A stretch of 64,000 bases of DNA from Chamaesiphon sp. (GTDB lineage: Bacteria > Cyanobacteriota > Cyanobacteriia > Cyanobacteriales > Chamaesiphonaceae), in assembly GCA_965246715.1 (NCBI GenBank), contig CBDFFH010000052.1:83137-147136 (forward strand), written 5' to 3'. Position 1 is the first letter of the stretch. Every line of letters starts with the position of its first letter. Positions 21,915-32,062 of the stretch are shown here, one piece after another. A model generated the notes under the pieces. That model did no database searches, was not told the DNA's origin, and saw only the letters and a list, made by a program, of their open reading frames with translations. A program made the position numbers and the translations under genes.

Positions 21915-22299
21915 GTGGGCATTGCCCACCACTTCAAATCGAGACGGATCGATGACTTTAGCTTTTTATCTCGCTCATTGGTACGATCGTTATCAGATCG
22001 ATCGCGATTATTTGGCTCGATCGAACATCATGATGCAATCGATCGCGTTGACTCGAGATTTGGGAGGGTAGTGTTCCAGATCTGTTGTTCAAGGAATATT
22101 TAAACCAAAAGCAAAAGGATTTGAGGGCGATCTTGCAGGTTTTTACACGTATTCTGTCACTATGCATTAATGTGCGATTGCTTGTAAATTATCGATCGTT
22201 GGCAAGATCGTAAATGATAGAGTTAGTGGGCAAAAAATTAGTATCGATCGCTGCTTAATTGACAAAGATTTGTCCACCCTACGGCAGGATATCTAGAAC

Positions 22300-23061
22300 T
22301 TACCCAGGGGGAACGCTACGCGAACAGTCGCCAAGCAATAATGCGGCTTCAACTAGCTGACAGTAATGAGCATGAGTAGGCGAGAGCCGAAAAGAAGACT
22401 GACGGGGACACGGGACATCGATCTCGATTGAATCACTAATCCTACCTGGATTTGCTGACATTACCAATACTCGATCGGCTAAATACACCGCTTCATAAAT
22501 ATTATGTGTCACAAAGATGGTCGTCCAACCCGATCGATAACTCAATTCTAATAATTCGCCATTCAGCTTCGTTCTAGAAATTTCATCTAAAGCACCGAAA
22601 GGTTCATCCATTAATAATACTTCTGGTTGTGTCACCAATGCGCGTGCGAGCGAAACCCGCATTTTCATCCCGCCTGAAAGTTGAAATGGATAATAATTCA
22701 AACAATCTGGTAACCCGACGGTAGTCAGCGATTCTCTAGCGATAGATCGGGCAATCGATCGCGATTTACCCATCAAGCGTAGCGGTAAAGCAACGTTATC
22801 CCAAACATTTGCCCACGGCATCAATCCCGCTTCTTGAAATACAAAAGACAATCGCGGTGATATTTGTTGTCCCCAACTAATCGTCCCCCGATCGATCGAT
22901 ATCAGTCCTGCGATCGCCTGTAATAATGTACTCTTACCGCACCCAGAAGCACCGACAATTGCTACAAATTCTTGCGGGGCGATCGTCAAACTAATATTGT
23001 CAAGAATCGGTCGGCGATCGCCATAGCTTTTACTAACGCGATCGAGGATTAAGGTTGTCAT
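22300..23061 (-). CDS. NitT/TauT-family ABC transporter ATP-binding protein
   Basis: GASGCGKS, LSGGMKMR, LLMDEPFGALD. Confidence 0.92.
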   Translation of the reverse strand: MTTLILDRVSKSYGDRRPILDNISLTIAPQEFVAIVGASGCGKSTLLQAIAGLISIDRGTISWGQQISPRLSFVFQEAGLMPWANVWDNVALPLRLMGKSRSIARSIARESLTTVGLPDCLNYYPFQLSGGMKMRVSLARALVTQPEVLLMDEPFGALDEISRTKLNGELLELSYRSGWTTIFVTHNIYEAVYLADRVLVMSANPGRISDSIEIDVPCPRQSSFRLSPTHAHYCQLVEAALLLGDCSRSVPPG

Positions 23062-23117
23062 AAATACTCGATCGATTAGAGCAAATAGCGATAAATCTTG
23101 AACTGTCCAGCATCAAT

Positions 23118-24191
23118 CTATTCTTTGTTATTATAATATGCTATTCCCTTATTAATAAATTTTAAGGTATATGCTTTCTTGTAATCAGTCGCTGGCTTAA
23201 TAACTTTTACTTTCACTAGTTCATCAAATAGCGATTGCCAGCGGAGATCGTTCATCGTTCCGATCCCTAGTTTTTTAACATCACCTTGAGTGATGATTTC
23301 ATATTGCTTGAGTTTGTCGATACTATAAGAAATTTGGGCATCAGTCATCTCTGGATTGTCTTTTTTTATCAGCGCGTTACCTGGTGCGGGATTTCTGAGA
23401 TAACTATACCAACCCTCGATCGACGCATCGACAAATCGCTGTACTAAATCTGGCTTTTCAGCCACCATTTTATTCGTGGTCTCGATCGTAAAATTGTAGG
23501 GATTATAACCATATTCTGATAATGGCAGCACGATCGGCTTAATTTTAGCTTGGGTTTCGATCGCATAAGGCTCGGCGGTTAAAATCCCTTGCTGAACCAA
23601 AGTTTTGTCCTGCAAGAAAGGGGCGATATTAAAGTTATAAGGACGTTTTTGGCTATCGCTAAAACCATATCGAGATTTTAAGATCGGCCAATAAGTTCCG
23701 TCTGCCGCAGCGCCAACTAAAATTGGCTTACCCTTAAGCTTGGCTAACGAATCATTCCCACTATTTGGATGAGCGATCAGGACTTGAATTTCTTTTTGAA
23801 AAATTGCGGCAACGGTTACTTTCGGAATGCCAGCCTCGACAGATTTGATCGCATCAACAGCATGTCCGAGATAAAAGTCGATCCCACCACCCATCAATAA
23901 TAATCCGCCATTGATCCGAGGGCCACCTTGTTGGATTTTTACGTCCAATCCCCGCGACTTGTAGATGCCTTCGGCGACAGCTTGATAGAAACCACCATAC
24001 TCAGCTTCAGCGACCCACGATAGTCCTAAATTAATCGGATCTAATTTGGTAGCTGGAGGAGTCGATCGATCGGTGTTATTAGAAGTAGAATTGAGATTAC
24101 ATGCTGTCAAGACTGACGTGCCGACTGCGATCGAAGTGTATCGAATAAATTTTCGCCGTTTAATCACGCATTTTTCTTCATACAACAACAA
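23118..24191 (-). CDS. NMT1/THI5-like ABC substrate-binding lipoprotein
   Basis: RRKFI...LTAC signal/lipobox; W.AEAEYGGFYQA motif. Confidence 0.85.
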   Translation of the reverse strand: MLLYEEKCVIKRRKFIRYTSIAVGTSVLTACNLNSTSNNTDRSTPPATKLDPINLGLSWVAEAEYGGFYQAVAEGIYKSRGLDVKIQQGGPRINGGLLLMGGGIDFYLGHAVDAIKSVEAGIPKVTVAAIFQKEIQVLIAHPNSGNDSLAKLKGKPILVGAAADGTYWPILKSRYGFSDSQKRPYNFNIAPFLQDKTLVQQGILTAEPYAIETQAKIKPIVLPLSEYGYNPYNFTIETTNKMVAEKPDLVQRFVDASIEGWYSYLRNPAPGNALIKKDNPEMTDAQISYSIDKLKQYEIITQGDVKKLGIGTMNDLRWQSLFDELVKVKVIKPATDYKKAYTLKFINKGIAYYNNKE

Positions 24192-24249
24192 AATTCTAAC
24201 TTGTCGTTAGGTTAGAAGCAATTGGATTTAATGCTTAGCTAGTACATAA

Positions 24250-24786
24250 ATGCCCTCTAATTGGTCTCAGGAACTCTATATCAAAGCTTATCGGTTTGCA
24301 ACCCAAGCTCATCGGGGGCAAATATATCCTGGTACTGGGTTGCCGTACATCATGCATTTGAGTTTCGCGAGCATGGAAATCCTGGGAGTGCTAAATGTCG
24401 AGCCGGGACACGATGGAGATTTGGCAGTACAATGTGCCTTGCTGCACGACTCGATCGAAGATACCGAAGTTACCTACGCAGATTTAGCATCGACATTTGG
24501 CGTACAGGTAGCCAACGGCGTACAGGCGTTAAGTAAAGATCCAACCTTGGACAAATCGCGACAATTAACCGATAGTCTACAGCGGATTCGATCGCAGCCA
24601 CCAGAAATCTGGATGGTAAAATTAGCCGATCGCATTTCCAATCTTCAGCCACCGCCATCACATTGGACGCAGGATAAAATTATTCGTTATCGGGATGAAG
24701 CGATCGAAATTCATACTGCACTCAAAGATGCGAGTCCATTTCTGGCGTTGAGATTGGCTGAAAAGATTGAGAATTATCTTGTCTAG
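24250..24786 (+). CDS. HD-domain hydrolase, Mesh1/SpoT-type small alarmone hydrolase-like
   Basis: AH.GQ...PYI.H, LLHDSIEDT, VKLADRISNL. Confidence 0.85.
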   Translation: MPSNWSQELYIKAYRFATQAHRGQIYPGTGLPYIMHLSFASMEILGVLNVEPGHDGDLAVQCALLHDSIEDTEVTYADLASTFGVQVANGVQALSKDPTLDKSRQLTDSLQRIRSQPPEIWMVKLADRISNLQPPPSHWTQDKIIRYRDEAIEIHTALKDASPFLALRLAEKIENYLV

Positions 24787-24919
24787 ATTTAATGAGCCGA
24801 TTATCTCGATCCAAAGACCGTTCTCATAACTGTTCCCTGTTGGCTATTCACTGTCCGTCCCCCTAACGGCTTATATTTAAGGTTAGATAAATTTTTAGAT
24901 AATCAAATCAATAAAAATT

Positions 24920-26101
24920 GTGAAAGCGATTACCTTACTTGGCTCCACTGGCTCGATCGGGACTCAAACCCTAGATATCGTCGATCGCAATCCCGATAAA
25001 TTTCGGATCGTCGGACTAGCGGCGGGTAATAACGTCGAGATGTTAGCACAACAGGTGCTAAAATTTCGGCCAGAAATCGTTGCCATTGGTAATGAAGCCA
25101 AGTTACCTGAGTTAAAAGCTGCACTTTCGACCTTAGATTATCGACCGATTATCGTTGCTGGTGATGCAGGTACGATCGAAGTTGCGGCATATGGCGATGC
25201 AAAAAGTGTCGTCACTGGGATCGTCGGCTGTGCGGGACTCCTCCCGACGATTGCTGCGATTAAAGCGGGTAAGGATATCGCCTTAGCGAATAAAGAAACC
25301 CTGATTGCTGCGGGGCCAGTAATCCTTCCCTTGGTCGAAAAACATGGCGTAAAGCTGCTCCCCGCCGACTCCGAACACTCGGCAATATTCCAGTGCTTGC
25401 AAGGCGTTCCGGTTGGTGGCTTGCGGCGGATTATTTTGACAGCTTCCGGTGGTGCTTTTCGGGATCTCCCGATCGAGAAATTAGCCTCAGTTAAGGTTGT
25501 TGACGCGCTCAAGCATCCCAATTGGACGATGGGACAAAAAATTACGATCGACTCAGCCACCCTGATGAATAAGGGTTTAGAGGTGATTGAGGCGCATTAT
25601 TTATTTGGGATGGACTATGACAATATCGATATCGTCATCCACCCACAAAGTATCATTCACTCGCTGATCGAAGTTCAGGATACGTCGGTGCTAGCACAAT
25701 TGGGTTGGCCGGATATGCGGTTGCCATTACTCTATGCCATGTCCTGGCCAGAACGCATCTATACCGACTGGGAGAAATTCGATCTCGTCAAGGCTGGCGA
25801 TCTGACCTTCCGCGCACCCGATCGACAGAAGTATCCCTGTATGGATTTGGCTTACACCGCAGGTCGCGCTGGTGGCTCGATGCCAGCGGTACTCAGTGCC
25901 GCTAACGAGCAAGCAGTGGCGTTATTTTTAGCAGAAAAAATTCAATTTATTGATATTCCGACAGTTATCGAGCAAGTCTGCGACAAGCATCGCGCTGACA
26001 ATCAGCTCACGCCAAGTTTAGATGATATTATCGCAGCCGATCTGTGGGCACGAAAAATGGCGATCGAATTTACCGATCGAATTGAGACGATTTTAGTTTA
26101 G
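24920..26101 (+). CDS. dxr: 1-deoxy-D-xylulose 5-phosphate reductoisomerase
   Basis: [34 protein letters not shown]. Confidence 0.97.
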   Translation: MKAITLLGSTGSIGTQTLDIVDRNPDKFRIVGLAAGNNVEMLAQQVLKFRPEIVAIGNEAKLPELKAALSTLDYRPIIVAGDAGTIEVAAYGDAKSVVTGIVGCAGLLPTIAAIKAGKDIALANKETLIAAGPVILPLVEKHGVKLLPADSEHSAIFQCLQGVPVGGLRRIILTASGGAFRDLPIEKLASVKVVDALKHPNWTMGQKITIDSATLMNKGLEVIEAHYLFGMDYDNIDIVIHPQSIIHSLIEVQDTSVLAQLGWPDMRLPLLYAMSWPERIYTDWEKFDLVKAGDLTFRAPDRQKYPCMDLAYTAGRAGGSMPAVLSAANEQAVALFLAEKIQFIDIPTVIEQVCDKHRADNQLTPSLDDIIAADLWARKMAIEFTDRIETILV

Positions 26102-26121
26102 AAATTATCACTGCGCCCACA

Positions 26122-26149
26122 TCCCCGACTTCTCAAAGAAGTCGGGGAT
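26122..26149. terminator. Hairpin TCCCCGACTTCT-CAA-AGAAGTCGGGGA (terminator or REP-like)
   Basis: Perfect GC-rich inverted repeat after dxr. Confidence 0.65.
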
Positions 26150-26159
26150 ATTTATTATT

Positions 26160-26277
26160 GAGAACCAGAGTCAATCTTCCCAAAAACTGAAAAAATTCCA
26201 CTCTTGCTCCGGCTGTCAACCACGTCTCTCGATCGGCTGGAAGAGTCTTTAAAATTAGAATCCAAGGAATGCCGCTC
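26160..26277 (-). ncRNA. Candidate structured small RNA
   Basis: TAAAAT -10-like box at 26280-26285 (minus strand); pairing of 26163-26174 with 26204-26214; no ORF. Confidence 0.3.
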
Positions 26278-26340
26278 TAATTTTATATTGCCAAGTCCAA
26301 TTTCGTTACAATGAGGTGCTGTCTGTCAGGGTGAACATCG

Positions 26341-29300
26341 ATGCATCGTCTCGCTACAATACCGGGTGGTTGGAATCCTGCTGCTGAAGGTGTAATCTTT
26401 GTCGAACAACAGCCAGCACCGATCGCATTTATTACTGCTGCGGATACGGATATTCAGACTTTAGGCGTTGCGGTAACTAAGTTACCGGAAGGGTTTCCAC
26501 CGCTGCGAGTAATAAATTTATTGCAGTTACAGCAGCAATTGACGATCGATACTTATGCTGAAGATGTGCTGACTGCTGCGCAGATTATTATTGTCCGGTT
26601 AATTGGGGGACAAGCTTATTGGAGCTATGGGCTGGAAGTAGTCCAGGAGACAGCCAGACAGACGGGAGCAGTGTTAATCGTTTTGCCAGGAGATGAGCGT
26701 CCCGATCCGACGTTGATGAGCCATTCGACTGCGAGTTTGGCGGATGTCGATCGAGTGTGGAAGTATTTGATTGAAGGTGGGGTAGATAATTACCGTCAGT
26801 TATTGCACTTTATCGCAAATCGCTGGCTAGAGTATGAGTGCGAATATCGATCTCCAGCAGCTGTGCCCAGGGTGGGGATTTACGATGCCCACCGCTGGCT
26901 TCCCAATGGTTTACCGTTGCATTCTGGAGTGGGAATTATCTTCTATCGGGCGCACTATCTATCTGGAAATACTGCCGCGATCGAGGCAATATGTCAAGCG
27001 CTAGTAATGCGAGAGCTAACACCGATACCAATTTATGTCTCGTCGCTCAAAGATCCCGCAGTGCAAGCGGAGTTAATTACTTACTCTCAGCATAGTGCTG
27101 GCGTTTTGCTGAATACTACCAGCTTTTCCCTCGCCAGCCTCGATACCGATACTCCCCAAGTCGGATTGTGGACGAGTCTAAATTTACCAGTATTTCAGGT
27201 AATTTTAAGCGGTGTTGGGAGAGATTTTTGGGAATCTGGTTGGCAAGGTTTGACTCCCCGCGATATGGCGATGAATGTGGCATTACCAGAGGTGGATGGA
27301 CGGATTATTACGCGGGCGGTGTCTTTCAAGGCAGTCCAAACTCAGAATCCGTTAATTCAGACAGATGTATTGGTGTACGAACCTGTAATCGATCGAGTGG
27401 AGTTTGTGGCAGAATTAGCTTTAAATTGGGTCAAGCTGCGCGAAACGAAGGTGTGCGATCGCCAAGTCGCCCTAATCCTCGCGAACTATCCTACCCGCGA
27501 TGGGCGGTTGGCGAATGGAGTAGGTTTAGATACGCCCCAAAGTTGTGTCGAAATCCTTCACGCGCTCAAGGCTGCGGGTTATCAGGTGGGGGATATTCCG
27601 GCGGATAGTGGGGAGTTAATTAAGTTATTAACAACGGGAATTACTAACGATCCTGAAGGTGAGGGTTGGCGGAAAGTTTATCAGTCGTTGTCTAGCGAAG
27701 AGTATCAGGCGCATTTTGCGACGCTACCGCTGAAGGTGAAACAGGGGATAATCGATCGATGGGGTTATCCAGCTCTAGCCGGAGGGTACCCACAAGGGGC
27801 ACCCCTACAAACCTTGACTCCGACTCTTACTCCCCTCCTTGGAGGGGCTGGGGGTGGGTTAAACGCTACGCCACCCACTACCTATCCCATCCCAGGTATT
27901 CAATTTGGTAACGTCTTCGTCGGCATCCAGCCAACACGCGGCTACGACAAAGATCCCGATCTAAATTACCACGCCCCCGATCTCGCACCCACTCATCAAT
28001 ATGTCGCCTTCTACCACTGGGTACGCGCCAACTTCGGCGCAAATGCGATCGTGCATGTCGGCAAACATGGCAATTTAGAATGGCTCCCAGGAAAAAGTGT
28101 CGCGTTGTCTGAAAATTGCTATCCCGAAGCAGTATTCGGCGCAATGCCCCATCTATACCCCTTCATCGTCAACGATCCTGGCGAAGGTTCCCAAGCGAAA
28201 CGCCGTAGCCAAGCGGTAATTATCGATCATCTCACTCCACCCATGACACGGGCGGAACTCTATGGGAGTTTGCATCAATTAGAAGGCTTAATCGATGAGT
28301 ATTATGAAGCCCAAACCCTCGATCCGCTGCGGATGCCAGTAATTCGCGATCGATTGCTAAACCTAATCCAACAAGAAAACCTCCACAAAGATCTCGGCAT
28401 CAACGACAACCAATTTCCCTCCTCGGAGCGGCTCGCGCCCGTCGGGTTCCCCGACGCGAAAAGCGAGACAAGACAGGGGTACCCGCAGGGTGGCGTGGGT
28501 TCAGGTTCCGACGCGATCCTCACCCAGTTTTTAAATACTGCTGACGGTTATCTTTGCGAATTAAAAGAAGCACAAATCCGCGATGGTTTGCATATCTTTG
28601 GGCAATGTCCCCAGGATACCCAATTGCGAGATCTCATTGTCGCGATCGCCCGTAATCCTAATGCTAACAGGCTGGGATTAACACGTGCGATCGCCTTAGA
28701 TTGGAATCTAGATTTCGATCCATTAACGGCAGATTTAGGCGAAGAATTAATCAACTTCTCCATCCCTACTCTTACTCCCCTCCTTGGAGGGACTGGGGGT
28801 GGGTTACACACCGCAACGAAGCCAGCAAGCAAACCCTGTCGCATTATCGGCGACGCAGTAGAAATCCTTGAAGAACACGCCGCCGAACTAGTCACAAGGT
28901 TGATAGAAGCAAGTGCCGATGCTAAAGGATACCCACTGCTTGGTGAAACGCACGCTGAGGCTTCCTCAGCGCGATTTCATCCGCAAGGGGCACCCCTACA
29001 GGTTGATGGTGTGCAAATAGGCACCCACACCCAAGCCGAACTAGACTGGATAAAAGATCGACTCCTCCCCGCTCTCCACCAAACCAACCTCGAAATGGTT
29101 AACCTATTACGCGGTTTGAATGGTGAGTACATCCCCAGCGGCGCATCTGGCGCACCAACTAGAGGGAAACCCGAAGTTCTCCCCACCGGACGAAATTTTT
29201 ACTCCGTCGATATTCGTGCCGTACCTACCGAAACCGCCTGGTGTTTGGGACGCAAAGCAGCAGAAGTGTTGGTCGATCGCTATACTCAAGACAATGGTGA

Positions 29301-30399
29301 ATATCCCAAAACCCTCGGCTTATCAATTTGGGGAACTTCTACCATGCGAACTGGTGGCGACGATATCGCCCAGGCTTTAGCCTTAATTGGCGTTCAACCT
29401 GTCTGGGATGGAGTATCGCGGCGAGTGGTGGATTTTGAGATCTTACCGCTATCGATTTTAGGTCGTCCTCGCGTTGATGTCACCCTGCGAATTTCTGGCT
29501 TTTTCCGCGATGCCTTCCCCAATCTGATCGATTTATTCGATAGCGCAGTCAAAGCCGTCGCCGCATTAGATGAAACCCCAGTACAAAATCCCCTCGCCGC
29601 GCAAGTGCAACAGGAAAAACTTAAATGGCTGGAGCAGGGAGTGGAAATAAACGAAGCCGAAACTCGATCTCATTACCGAATTTTCGGCTCGAAAGCTGGG
29701 GCTTATGGAGCAGGATTGCAAGGATTAATCGAGTCACAAAACTGGGAAAGCGAGGCAGATTTAGCCCAAGCTTATATTAATTGGAGTGCTTATGCTTATA
29801 CCAACAAAGCTGAAGGAATAGCTGCACCCGAAGCATTTAATCAACGTTTAGATAATATGCAGATCGTCCTCCAAAATCAAGATAATCGCGAACATGATTT
29901 ACTCGACTCGGATGATTATTATCAATTTCAAGGTGGTTTAACCGCCGCAGTTAAAACAGTTTCAGGGAAAACACCGGAAGCTTATTTCGGCGATAATTCC
30001 CGCACAGAACAACCCAAAGTTCGCAAACTTACAGAAGAGATAAATCGTGTCTATCGATCGCGTGTCGTCAACCCCAAATGGATCGCTGGAGCCATGCGTC
30101 ACGGCTACAAGGGAGCCGCAGAAATGGCAGCGACATTAGATTTCTTATTTGCCTACGATGCCACGGCTAATTGTGTCCAGGACTTCATGTATCAAGGTGT
30201 TGCAGATACTTATTTATTCGATGAAACGGTGCGAGAATTTATCGAACAAAATAATCCCTGGGTGCAGCGAGATATGGCGGAAAGGTTGCTCGAAGCCAAT
30301 CAGCGGGGTTTGTGGGAAGATGTGGAGTTGGGGACGTTGGAGCGGTTGAGGTTAATGGTAAATGAATCTGAAGGCGTAATTGAATCCCAAGGGAATTAA
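26341..30399 (+). CDS. cobN: Cobaltochelatase subunit CobN, with four in-frame repeat-derived insertions
   Basis: MHRLAT, GKHGNLEWLPGK, PTGRNFY, RPRVDVT, NPKWI motifs. Confidence 0.95.
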   Translation: MHRLATIPGGWNPAAEGVIFVEQQPAPIAFITAADTDIQTLGVAVTKLPEGFPPLRVINLLQLQQQLTIDTYAEDVLTAAQIIIVRLIGGQAYWSYGLEVVQETARQTGAVLIVLPGDERPDPTLMSHSTASLADVDRVWKYLIEGGVDNYRQLLHFIANRWLEYECEYRSPAAVPRVGIYDAHRWLPNGLPLHSGVGIIFYRAHYLSGNTAAIEAICQALVMRELTPIPIYVSSLKDPAVQAELITYSQHSAGVLLNTTSFSLASLDTDTPQVGLWTSLNLPVFQVILSGVGRDFWESGWQGLTPRDMAMNVALPEVDGRIITRAVSFKAVQTQNPLIQTDVLVYEPVIDRVEFVAELALNWVKLRETKVCDRQVALILANYPTRDGRLANGVGLDTPQSCVEILHALKAAGYQVGDIPADSGELIKLLTTGITNDPEGEGWRKVYQSLSSEEYQAHFATLPLKVKQGIIDRWGYPALAGGYPQGAPLQTLTPTLTPLLGGAGGGLNATPPTTYPIPGIQFGNVFVGIQPTRGYDKDPDLNYHAPDLAPTHQYVAFYHWVRANFGANAIVHVGKHGNLEWLPGKSVALSENCYPEAVFGAMPHLYPFIVNDPGEGSQAKRRSQAVIIDHLTPPMTRAELYGSLHQLEGLIDEYYEAQTLDPLRMPVIRDRLLNLIQQENLHKDLGINDNQFPSSERLAPVGFPDAKSETRQGYPQGGVGSGSDAILTQFLNTADGYLCELKEAQIRDGLHIFGQCPQDTQLRDLIVAIARNPNANRLGLTRAIALDWNLDFDPLTADLGEELINFSIPTLTPLLGGTGGGLHTATKPASKPCRIIGDAVEILEEHAAELVTRLIEASADAKGYPLLGETHAEASSARFHPQGAPLQVDGVQIGTHTQAELDWIKDRLLPALHQTNLEMVNLLRGLNGEYIPSGASGAPTRGKPEVLPTGRNFYSVDIRAVPTETAWCLGRKAAEVLVDRYTQDNGEYPKTLGLSIWGTSTMRTGGDDIAQALALIGVQPVWDGVSRRVVDFEILPLSILGRPRVDVTLRISGFFRDAFPNLIDLFDSAVKAVAALDETPVQNPLAAQVQQEKLKWLEQGVEINEAETRSHYRIFGSKAGAYGAGLQGLIESQNWESEADLAQAYINWSAYAYTNKAEGIAAPEAFNQRLDNMQIVLQNQDNREHDLLDSDDYYQFQGGLTAAVKTVSGKTPEAYFGDNSRTEQPKVRKLTEEINRVYRSRVVNPKWIAGAMRHGYKGAAEMAATLDFLFAYDATANCVQDFMYQGVADTYLFDETVREFIEQNNPWVQRDMAERLLEANQRGLWEDVELGTLERLRLMVNESEGVIESQGN

Positions 30400-30495
30400 T
30401 AGTAAATTTAATACTAAGGAATAATTATATTCTTTAAGTATGCTAGCGATCGCAAAATTAATAACTCTGATGTTGTGTAAATAATGAAATAATTT

Positions 30496-31182
30496 TTACT
30501 TTAATTTCCAGCGATCGATCGCCAACACGCCGATGAAAGATACTACTATAACAACGATCGCCCAAAACCACCCTTCCTCGATATTACCCGCCTCTACTGA
30601 AAAATAGATTGCCATCGGGATTGTCTGAGTTTGCCCAGGGATATTTCCCGCCAGCAATAGAGTTGCCCCAAATTCACCCAACGCACGGGCAAAAGCTAGT
30701 ACCGTTCCTCCCAGAATTCCTGGCATTGCCAAGGGTAAGGCAATATACCAAAACACTTCGGTTTCTGATGCACCCTCAAGCCTAGCAGCATCGAGTAGCA
30801 ATTTATCGATTTGCTCGAATGCGCCTAAAGCCGCGCGATAGATCAGGGGAAAGGCAATAACTGCGGCGGCGATAACTGCAGCATACCAAGTAAATACGAG
30901 CCGAAAATCCCATCGAGCGAGGATCTGCCCCAGCCAGCCATTTTTGCCAAATAACATTAGTAAGATGAATCCGACGACAGTTGGCGGTAAGATCAGGGGC
31001 ACGATCGCGATTCCTTCCACGATCGAAATTGCCGTATTTTGTAGTACAGAAAGTCGGCATCTAGCGCGGAATCGATACATATTATATGCGGCAATCGTCC
31101 CCACACCAACCGCGATCGTCGTTGCAAATAGTGATACTTTACCAGATATCCATAGCGGCGATAAATCGGGAATCGACATCAC
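30496..31182 (-). CDS. modB: Molybdate ABC transporter permease
   Basis: PLILPPTVVG, FARALGEFGAT, GNIPG. Confidence 0.93.
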   Translation of the reverse strand: MMSIPDLSPLWISGKVSLFATTIAVGVGTIAAYNMYRFRARCRLSVLQNTAISIVEGIAIVPLILPPTVVGFILLMLFGKNGWLGQILARWDFRLVFTWYAAVIAAAVIAFPLIYRAALGAFEQIDKLLLDAARLEGASETEVFWYIALPLAMPGILGGTVLAFARALGEFGATLLLAGNIPGQTQTIPMAIYFSVEAGNIEEGWFWAIVVIVVSFIGVLAIDRWKLK

Positions 31183-31199
31183 CTAACAGTCCTGTGCGT

Positions 31200-32009
31200 T
31201 CATGATTTGGCAATCCCGAAACCATATTTTTTAAAAATTTCCTGCACTGGTTTAGTTTGGAGAAATGCTATGTACTTTTTAGCAGCTGCGATCGATTTAC
31301 TCGATTTGAGAATGGCAACTGGATAAATAATTGGGGTATGAAGTATGGCATTGGCGATCGCGGCAACTACCACTCGATCGGAACTTTTGGCATCAGAGAT
31401 ATAAACGATTCCGGCATCGGCATCGCCTGTTTCTACAGCTGCTAATACCGCTCGAACATTATTTGCCAATACAAACTTCGATTTCACCCGTTCTAAAATA
31501 CCCAAGTTAGCGAACGTTTCGGTGGCATATTGTCCAACGGGAACGCTGCGCGGTTCGCCGATCGCAATTCGTTGGATTTCCGGCTGCACTAATTGGCGAA
31601 AATCTGTTAATTTTCGGGTTGATGTTTTGGCTGTAATTAAAACTAAGCGATTTGTCAGTAAATTTTTTTGAGTATTCGCCACGAGCAAATTTTGCTGCTG
31701 CAATGCTTGCATCTGTTTGCTAGAAGCTGAAATAAATAGATCGATCGGTGCGCCTTGTTCGATCTGTTGTTGCAGTGCGCCAGATGAGCCAAAATTATAT
31801 TTTACTTGGTAATTTCCAATCGATTGTCCGATCGAGTGGATCTCTCGGAGTGCTGGTTGCAAACTAGCAGCGGCGGCAACGAGTAAAGTTGATGATTGAG
31901 AGCCTACTGGCTGCGGCGACTGGGTGAGGAAAGCATAAATAGCGATTGCCACCGTTACCAAACAGCTTACTAGCACAGCTTTAATCGATTTTTTCCTGAC
32001 GATCGACAC
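31200..32009 (-). CDS. modA: Molybdate ABC transporter substrate-binding protein
   Basis: AAASL, FGSSGALQQQIEQGAP, PVGQYA, GIVY.SD. Confidence 0.93.
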   Translation of the reverse strand: MSIVRKKSIKAVLVSCLVTVAIAIYAFLTQSPQPVGSQSSTLLVAAAASLQPALREIHSIGQSIGNYQVKYNFGSSGALQQQIEQGAPIDLFISASSKQMQALQQQNLLVANTQKNLLTNRLVLITAKTSTRKLTDFRQLVQPEIQRIAIGEPRSVPVGQYATETFANLGILERVKSKFVLANNVRAVLAAVETGDADAGIVYISDAKSSDRVVVAAIANAILHTPIIYPVAILKSSKSIAAAKKYIAFLQTKPVQEIFKKYGFGIAKS

Positions 32010-32062
32010 GATCTTGCTCCAAAATCTTATCTTGCCGAAAATACCAACCTCCTGTCAAGATT

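Noticed and set aside
26150..26340. Cobalamin riboswitch upstream of cobN
   Set aside because: No recognisable B12-box or conserved core on the plus strand.
26341..30399. Inteins in cobN
   Set aside because: The insertions are short, lack Cys/Ser...His-Asn splice motifs, and are explained by DNA repeats.
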